Shown: positions 58,016 to 64,000 of the stretch, one piece after another
How positions within the stretch are numbered: position 1 is the stretch's first letter
Layout of the letters: each line of letters starts with the position of its first letter
Source of the DNA: Pseudomonadota bacterium
GTDB lineage: Bacteria > Pseudomonadota > Alphaproteobacteria > Rhodobacterales > Rhodobacteraceae
NCBI GenBank assembly: GCA_039026375.1
Contig: JBCCML010000005.1
Coordinates: 66,906 to 130,905 of the forward strand
DNA: 64,000 nt
Direction: 5' to 3'
Position numbers and translations under genes: made by a program
Notes under the pieces: generated by a model
Databases searched by the model: none
Seen by the model: the letters and a program-made list of their open reading frames with translations, nothing else
What the model was told of the DNA's origin: nothing

Positions 58016-58384
58016 ATGACCACCAAGAAACTGGAGAACGATCGCGACAGTCTGTTGGACGGTCTTTTTCGGGCTCAACACGCCCTGCTGGTCGCCTTGC
58101 AGGGCCAAACAGACCCCGGCAAACGTGCCGAGATTAACGCCGAACTCGACCGGGTTATGGGTTTGATCGACGAAATCATTGATGCCGACATCAAGCAGCT
58201 GACGGATGACTTCATTGCCGACCCTCAAGTTCAGGCGGACGTAAAACAGATCCGAGACGCCACCAAGGAAGTTAAGAAGGTCGCCGCCGAGCTGGAGGCC
58301 AAGAAGAAGGACCTGGAGAAGATCAAGAAGGCGATCGACAAGATCATCAAGCCCTTAGAAAAACTCGCAAAGTTTGTTGCCTGA
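58016..58384 (+). CDS. Hypothetical helical/coiled-coil protein, 122 aa
   Basis: RBS AAGGA; 22 nt after the lipoprotein stop; heptad pattern and Lys-rich amphipathic C-terminus. Confidence 0.75.
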   Translation: MTTKKLENDRDSLLDGLFRAQHALLVALQGQTDPGKRAEINAELDRVMGLIDEIIDADIKQLTDDFIADPQVQADVKQIRDATKEVKKVAAELEAKKKDLEKIKKAIDKIIKPLEKLAKFVA

Positions 58385-58399
58385 CGCCTTTGGGAGCGA

Positions 58400-59266
58400 T
58401 TACGCGATGCTCTGATTGATGGCATCTGCGATCAGCGCATCGAATTCTGTCGGCGTTGACACCTTTGCTACATCGGCTGCCGAAACGGTGACGCCCCAGT
58501 TCTCGGCTATTGCATCGTACCGCGGCAGCCGCCGCGTCAGAAGTTGCCGGAAACCCCACCGAATGAAGTCGTCCGGGTCGACCCGATGATCCGGCACCCC
58601 ATGTGCGTTGCGATAACCCATCCAGGACGCCTTCAGAAACTCCTCAGGGTAATACATGGGCTTTGGTGCACGATCGAACCGTGCAGCCAACTCGTCCGCA
58701 TCCGCTTCCGTGCCGCGGATCTGGACCAACAGGACATGGCGCGTCAACTCGGTCAACACAGGGTCTTTTTCGTCGTCGGCCTCCACGACCTCGCACAAAG
58801 ATCCAGACGTGTCGCACAGAAAATGCGGGTACCCGTAAAGATCTTTGGCGCGCGCAACGAACGGGATGGCGTCCAGGGTCGCGGCAATCTCGGCGCTGCG
58901 ATGCTGGCGTTGACGCTCCAGGTAGGCGTCAAAGGGGATACCGCCTTTATCGGGGTCGCCCGGCTTGCCCAGATAGGTCGACAGCGGCGCGAGATTTTCG
59001 AATGTCAGGTTTGACGTGATGTAGACAGAGTCTGACATTAGCAGCTCTCGCAGGAAAGGCACCTGCATCGCCGCGCGCTTGAAGTTATCGGCAATGTGCT
59101 CGCCCATGTACCGCGTGCCGATACGGTAATCGACGGAGTAGTGGAACCACTCGCCCCCCTCACGCAGCATCGACGCAATGCGGGTTTTTCCCGTTCCAGA
59201 CATGCCGAAAAGCGCCACGGCCTTGCGGGGCGCTTTCAGATACGCATCAGCAGTCTGGTAGATCAT
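58400..59266 (-). CDS. Uncharacterised P-loop ATPase
   Basis: FGMSGTGKT, WFHYSVDYRIGTRYMGE, LGKPG...KGG, CDTSGSLCEV, PKPMYY. Confidence 0.85.
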   Translation of the reverse strand: MIYQTADAYLKAPRKAVALFGMSGTGKTRIASMLREGGEWFHYSVDYRIGTRYMGEHIADNFKRAAMQVPFLRELLMSDSVYITSNLTFENLAPLSTYLGKPGDPDKGGIPFDAYLERQRQHRSAEIAATLDAIPFVARAKDLYGYPHFLCDTSGSLCEVVEADDEKDPVLTELTRHVLLVQIRGTEADADELAARFDRAPKPMYYPEEFLKASWMGYRNAHGVPDHRVDPDDFIRWGFRQLLTRRLPRYDAIAENWGVTVSAADVAKVSTPTEFDALIADAINQSIA

Positions 59267-59362
59267 GGGAATCCCTCGAAGTTGCCTCCGCTTACGCACG
59301 AATGCCGGATTTGCCAAGCGCTGCCTTCCTGTGAGATGCTGCCGGCAAAAGGGAGATCGCCA

Positions 59363-59599
59363 ATGTCAGACGCAGAGAAGCACACGCCCGACACGCTGGC
59401 GGATGCCGAGATGGATGACGTGCAGGGTGGTGTCGGCGCAAACCGGACCGTGACGATCGGTGCGAACCAGACCGAGACGACACGGGTGTCTGCGACCGCG
59501 CCGCCGGCCGATCCCATTCCGGTGCCGTATCCCAACATCGACAGCAAGCCGTCGCAGGGTGTGACGACATCGCGGTTCAAACTCACGCGGGGCCGGTGA
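59363..59599 (+). CDS. 78-aa peptide with a double-glycine leader (RiPP/bacteriocin-precursor-like)
   Basis: RBS GGGAG 7 nt before ATG; leader MSDAEKHTPDTLADAEMDDVQGG; the track gives this only as the tail of a longer ORF. Confidence 0.75.
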   Translation: MSDAEKHTPDTLADAEMDDVQGGVGANRTVTIGANQTETTRVSATAPPADPIPVPYPNIDSKPSQGVTTSRFKLTRGR

Positions 59600-59624
59600 G
59601 AATGCCGGCTCGGAGGATGCATGT

Positions 59625-60599
59625 ATGACCACGGTCAAGACATCGTCGAAGCACATCGTGACCCCGGCAGAGGTCCGCCCCCTGGCGCAGCGGTCTGACT
59701 GGATGGGCGCCGCCTTGGTCGCGCATGCCTGGGGTGTGATCTTCGGCGCGGTGGCATTGTTCGCTTGGTGGCCGTCTTTGGTCACCGGGTTATTGGCCGT
59801 GATGGTCATCGGCTCGCGCCAACTGGGGTTGGCCGTTCTGATGCACGAGGCCGCGCACAAGGCGCTGTTCCGCACCGGTTGGATCAACGAGGTCGTCGGA
59901 CAATGGCTATGCGCGCGCCCGGTTCTGGCGGAGATGACGTCCTATCGCGCGTACCACATGGTCCACCACATCCACACGCAAACGGACAAGGATCCGGATC
60001 TTGCGCTGTCTGCAAAGTTCCCGACCACCCGTGACAGCCTGAAACGCAAGTTCACCCGGGACTTGACGGGCCAAACCGGCTGGAAGCTGCGCTTGGCTCA
60101 GTTCCGTCGTGCGCTGCAACTCGGCTTTGATGAAGATGCGATCTCTGGTGCGAAGATGGCTCAGACGTTTCAGTCCGAGGATTTGAAACCCGGCATTCTT
60201 TGCAACATCCTTGTGTTCGCAATCATGTGGGCAATCGGTGACTGGTGGTACTGGTTTGCCTTTTGGGCCTTGCCACTGCTGACCTGGTATCAGTTCGTCA
60301 TCCGCATCCGAAACATCGCCGAGCATGCCGTGCTGACGGCGCCGCAGGAACCACTGGGCAATGCGCGCACGACCTATGCCGACCCGATCACGGCGTTCTT
60401 TCTGGCGCCGTACTGGGTGAACTATCACTTGGAGCATCACCTGGTGATGCATGTGCCCTGCTGGCGCCTGTCTAAGGTGCACCGTCTGTTGCAGGAAAAG
60501 GGGTACGCCGAGCGGATGGAGACAGCACCCAGTTATTGGCGGGTTCTCAGCATGGTGGGTTGGCAGCAGCTAAGCCCAGAGCGTGCCGGTGCCGGGTGA
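59625..60599 (+). CDS. Membrane-bound fatty acid desaturase family protein
   Basis: Three His boxes HEAAH, HMVHH, HLEHH; RNIAEH; TM segments. Confidence 0.9.
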   Translation: MTTVKTSSKHIVTPAEVRPLAQRSDWMGAALVAHAWGVIFGAVALFAWWPSLVTGLLAVMVIGSRQLGLAVLMHEAAHKALFRTGWINEVVGQWLCARPVLAEMTSYRAYHMVHHIHTQTDKDPDLALSAKFPTTRDSLKRKFTRDLTGQTGWKLRLAQFRRALQLGFDEDAISGAKMAQTFQSEDLKPGILCNILVFAIMWAIGDWWYWFAFWALPLLTWYQFVIRIRNIAEHAVLTAPQEPLGNARTTYADPITAFFLAPYWVNYHLEHHLVMHVPCWRLSKVHRLLQEKGYAERMETAPSYWRVLSMVGWQQLSPERAGAG

Positions 60600-60639
60600 T
60601 CACTGAACCACTGGTTCCCTAGCCCCGACAGCGACGCAT

Positions 60640-61185
60640 TCATGTCTTTTCTTCCGGCGGCAGCAAGTGGCGCTCGTTGATCCAGGGGTGGACATTTACA
60701 GCCCGGCGCAATGCTTCCATGCCTTGCTCTCTGTCCCCCTGGCTGAGCAAGGTCAGACCCTGGCCAGCCAAGGCCCCGAAATGACGTGGCTCTAACTCTA
60801 AAGTCCGGTCCAGATCGGACATGGCCCCATCGTAGTCGCGCATCAGGAACCGGGCAAAGGCCCGCTGGTTCCAACCCTCTGGATAGTCCGGGCAGTACGT
60901 GACCAGCCGCGAAAGCGCCTTTTCGGCTTCACCAAACTCGCCCCATCGAATGCGGGTCATACCGAAATCCAGCAATTCTTGCGCCGTCGCATCGGGTGCT
61001 TCTGCCCAAATCGACCAGATCTGGGAGGCGACTTGCATACCGCTGTCTTCCTCGCTGCTCTGTGCCAATTCCTGAAACAAAGGGCCTGTCCGTACGTCAC
61101 GCGCAACGGGATCAGTCAGCGGACAGTCGGCCGCGGCGGCCTGGGCGCCAAGCGCAAGAACAAGGGCAAGAGGGATCAATCGCAT
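60640..61185 (-). CDS. Secreted tetratricopeptide-repeat protein
   Basis: Signal peptide; PDYPEGWNQRAF..F...DY..A..DL..TLELEPRHFGALAG.G. Confidence 0.85.
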   Translation of the reverse strand: MRLIPLALVLALGAQAAAADCPLTDPVARDVRTGPLFQELAQSSEEDSGMQVASQIWSIWAEAPDATAQELLDFGMTRIRWGEFGEAEKALSRLVTYCPDYPEGWNQRAFARFLMRDYDGAMSDLDRTLELEPRHFGALAGQGLTLLSQGDREQGMEALRRAVNVHPWINERHLLPPEEKT

Positions 61186-61259
61186 CGCATAGCGTTGCGG
61201 GAGCGGCGCTTCAGTTGCAACACTGAAGTTTCGACCGAACGCAGCCGATGGAGGCCCGC

Positions 61260-61973
61260 ATGCCCGATTATGTTTTGGCAATGGCCTACGCATCACTTGC
61301 GGGCATTGCCATCCCAATCGGCGGGGCGCTGGCATCTGCGGACTGGGTGGTGCCGAATTGGCTACGCCAAGAAGTGCGCCACGGCGTCATTGCGTTCGGG
61401 GCAGGCGTGCTGATCGCGGCGATCGCCCTGGTTCTGGTGCCGGAAGGCATGGAGGCGGTCTCTCTTTGGGTGGCGCTGGTGGCCTTTGCGGCGGGAGGTG
61501 CCGTCTTTTGCATGTTAGACCGGGCGATAAAGCGCACGGGCGGCGGTGGTGCGCAGCTGATGGCGATGGTTATGGACTTTCTGCCCGAGTCTCTGGCGCT
61601 GGGTGCGATGCTTTCAGTGAAACCAAAGACGGGTTTGCTGCTGGCTATCCTGATGGCCCTGCAGAACCTGCCGGAGGCATTCAATGCCTATCGCGAGATC
61701 CGAACCAGCACCCATATGCGCCCGGGCACGATCTTGCTCAGCTTTGCAGCGTTAGCGTTGCTGGGCCCTGCAGCTGCCTTAGTCGGCTACTTTGTACTTC
61801 AGCCGATGCCAGAGGTGCTGGGCGCGATCATGCTGTTCGCCGCAGGTGGGATCCTATACCTGATCGTCCAGGACATCGTGCCCCAGGCACCGATGGAGAA
61901 AACATGGGCGCCGCCGCTGGGGGCAGTGGCCGGTTTTGGTCTGGGCATGCTGGGCCAAGGCCTGACAGGATAG
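61260..61973 (+). CDS. ZIP family divalent metal transporter (ZupT/GufA-like)
   Basis: AFGAGVL, DFLPESLALG, QNLPEAF, AAGGILYL...D..P; GGAGG before ATG 61260. Confidence 0.85.
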   Translation: MPDYVLAMAYASLAGIAIPIGGALASADWVVPNWLRQEVRHGVIAFGAGVLIAAIALVLVPEGMEAVSLWVALVAFAAGGAVFCMLDRAIKRTGGGGAQLMAMVMDFLPESLALGAMLSVKPKTGLLLAILMALQNLPEAFNAYREIRTSTHMRPGTILLSFAALALLGPAAALVGYFVLQPMPEVLGAIMLFAAGGILYLIVQDIVPQAPMEKTWAPPLGAVAGFGLGMLGQGLTG

Positions 61974-62006
61974 GCTTGGCCCAGCACGTTAAAAGTAGAC
62001 GTCCTG

Positions 62007-62534
62007 TCAGCCCTGAGCGCGATCAATCGCGTCGGTAATCATCTTCTTCGCGTGGTTGGCATCCGCCCAATTCTGGACCTTGACCCACTTGCCGGGTTCC
62101 AGATCCTTGTAGTGCTCGAAGAAGTGGTTGATCTGCTGGCGTGTAATTTCCGGCAGATCCGCAAAGTCGTGGATGTTCTCGTGACGGCGGGTGATCTTGT
62201 TAGACGGCACCGCGACAACCTTCTCGTCCTGGCCCTTCTCGTCTTCCATGACCAGAACGCCAACTGGGCGACAGGAGATCACGCAGCCCGGTACCAAAGG
62301 CCGGGTGTTCGCCACCAGCACGTCGATCGGATCACCGTCATCCGACAGGGTGTGCGGGACAAAACCATAGTTCCCTGGATAGCGCATCGGCGTGTAGAGG
62401 AAGCGATCGACGAATAACGTGCCCGAGTCCTTGTCCAGCTCGTACTTGATCGGTTCGCCGCCAATCGGCACCTCGATGATGACATTGATATCTTCGGGTG
62501 GGTTCTTGCCGATCGGGATTGCTTCGATGCGCAT
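62007..62534 (-). CDS. ppa: Inorganic pyrophosphatase (family I)
   Basis: [51 protein letters not shown]. Confidence 0.98.
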   Translation of the reverse strand: MRIEAIPIGKNPPEDINVIIEVPIGGEPIKYELDKDSGTLFVDRFLYTPMRYPGNYGFVPHTLSDDGDPIDVLVANTRPLVPGCVISCRPVGVLVMEDEKGQDEKVVAVPSNKITRRHENIHDFADLPEITRQQINHFFEHYKDLEPGKWVKVQNWADANHAKKMITDAIDRAQG

Positions 62535-62672
62535 GGGGCGTCTCCTGTGGTGTTTCTTGAGCGCGCTCTTACTGTGCCGACGCCCATGTTGCAACGCACA
62601 ATAAACGTGCTTTCGTGACAGATCTCGACCGCTTTGCCATAGTCGCTGCAGGGATTGGTTAATGGGGCGGGG

Positions 62673-64000
62673 ATGTCCGACGGGCGCGTCTTCATCAGTT
62701 ACAGGCGTGGGGTAGACAGTGCGTTCGCAGGACGTCTGCATGATCGGTTGGAGCGGCACTTTTCGCGCGACCAGCTTTTCATGGATGTCGACTCGATCCC
62801 GTTGAGTCGCGATTTCGTCGACCATCTGGATGAGCAGGTGGGCAAATGCAGCGTCTTCCTGGCGATAATTGGTCCCGGCTGGTTAGACGCGCGCGGTAGG
62901 CTGGAAGACCCGGACGATTTCGTGCGGATCGAGATTGAATGCGCGTTGCGCAGGCCAGACATCCCGATCATTCCTGTCTTTGTTGAAGACGTTGTGCTGC
63001 CCGAAAGCGATAACTTGCCCGCAAGTTTGGCGCCCCTGACCCGGCGCAACGGCATCGTCGTCTCACATCACAGTTTTGCAGCCGTAGTGGATAACAAGCT
63101 GACCACCGCGTTGACTGCATTGATGCCAGCTGGAGCCAGTGCGGGGCAGCGGGACGCCGTCCGCTCGGACGACGGATTGGACCTGGAGGCGCTGGTTGAA
63201 AGATCTGATGGCACGGCAGCGTCTTTGCCGTCTGCCTTCGAAAGCACAACGGCTGAACTACCCGGGCGCCAAGCCACGCCAGCAACCCCTGCCAACACGC
63301 AGGACACACCGGCCCGACCTGGCAACCAACGAAAGGGATTGATCGCCGCTGTGGCTGTGTGCGGACTAATCGCCCTCGGCGTGGGCGCCTTTCTAGCCCT
63401 TCCTTTAACGAAACCAGCGCTTGATGACCCTATCGAAGCAGATCAAAGCGCACAGGACCTCGTAAGACTTGCGCTGAACGGCGGGGATGCTGTTGCAGGA
63501 CGCGCCGCATACCGTGCCTGTGTCGGATGCCACAACGCCTGGATGCCCCAGCAGGGCGTTGGCCCAAACCTGGTCGGCATCGTTGGGCGACAGATTGCGT
63601 CGATCCCGCAGCTTTTCCGATATTCTGATGCAATGCTGGCGTTGGAGGGCGTCTGGACGCCCGAAGCGCTGAATGCCTACCTCGCCAATCCGAAGGAGTG
63701 GTTGCCCGGCACCCGCATGCTTTACCGTGGCATGCCTGACCCGGTTGACCGCGCGAATCTGATCGCATTTCTTGCGACAACCGGCGTGGTGCCAGGATCT
63801 GATGCCGAGGCATTGGATGAACCAGTTTCTGGCGAGCCCGTTCAGGTGGTTCTGGGGTTTAAGGTCATCGAAGAGGAGGCGCGCGCCGAATGGGCACGTC
63901 TGCGCAAGGCCCTGGCCATTCAGCTTCGTGACAAGGTTGGTCGCATCGTCCAAACCCGCTGGGGCTACAGCGTCCGGGCCGAACCATTTCCGAACGAAAA
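62673..64000 (+). CDS. TIR - transmembrane - cytochrome c - SPOR-like fusion protein (3' end outside window)
   Basis: Hand-translated, open for 442 codons to the window end: VFISYRR...FMDVD...[11 protein letters not shown] (TIR); [21 protein letters not shown] (TM); CVGCH, GPNL.GI.GR, YSDAM, PGTRM (class I cytochrome c); ARAEWARL...YSVRAEPF (SPOR-like). Confidence 0.88.
   Translation, partial: MSDGRVFISYRRGVDSAFAGRLHDRLERHFSRDQLFMDVDSIPLSRDFVDHLDEQVGKCSVFLAIIGPGWLDARGRLEDPDDFVRIEIECALRRPDIPIIPVFVEDVVLPESDNLPASLAPLTRRNGIVVSHHSFAAVVDNKLTTALTALMPAGASAGQRDAVRSDDGLDLEALVERSDGTAASLPSAFESTTAELPGRQATPATPANTQDTPARPGNQRKGLIAAVAVCGLIALGVGAFLALPLTKPALDDPIEADQSAQDLVRLALNGGDAVAGRAAYRACVGCHNAWMPQQGVGPNLVGIVGRQIASIPQLFRYSDAMLALEGVWTPEALNAYLANPKEWLPGTRMLYRGMPDPVDRANLIAFLATTGVVPGSDAEALDEPVSGEPVQVVLGFKVIEEEARAEWARLRKALAIQLRDKVGRIVQTRWGYSVRAEPFPNE

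Noticed and set aside
59096-59362. 167-aa ORF start at 59096
   Set aside because: The N-terminal part is antisense to the ATPase gene; the SD-supported ATG at 59363 gives the credible product
62699-63953. Minus-strand and short ORFs listed by the track over the last 1.3 kb
   Set aside because: All are shadows of the + strand TIR-cytochrome c ORF, which the track omitted because it has no stop within the window

Overview
Alphaproteobacterial chromosome segment; gene content and order point to Rhodobacterales (inference). The housekeeping backbone runs atpG(partial)-atpD-atpC; rsfS-rlmH-[TPR insert]-gpmI-envC-ctpA-rppH; ilvE/petP-petR; HDAC-xseB-ispA-dxs-tlyA-RNA methyltransferase; map-sfsA/cinA-like; asd; hisD-UPF0262-LMW-PTP; msrB; ggt; metA; ppa. 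A markedly GC-richer block at about 26.9-40.4 kb carries a glycogen cluster lacking glgB (glgC-glgA-glgX-malQ-glgP), an epoxide-hydrolase-like gene and a TAXI-TRAP transporter; its left edge has an 11-bp-period repeat array. A detached late flagellar module follows (flgD-fliK / flgJ-flgN-flagellin-flaF-flbT-DUF1217). The last 7 kb is the most unusual part, with three candidates. (1) An ORF absent from the supplied track because it runs off the window end, which I translated by hand as TIR - transmembrane helix - c-type cytochrome (CVGCH...PGTRM) - SPOR-like: a candidate membrane-spanning redox/cell-wall sensor coupled to a TIR domain. (2) A 78-aa double-glycine-leader peptide directly upstream of a membrane di-iron desaturase. 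(3) A lipoprotein plus amphipathic helical protein pair sitting between the P-loop ATPase gene and metA. I found no rRNA, tRNA, CRISPR array, integrase or transposase. All family calls come from motif recognition; no database searches were run.
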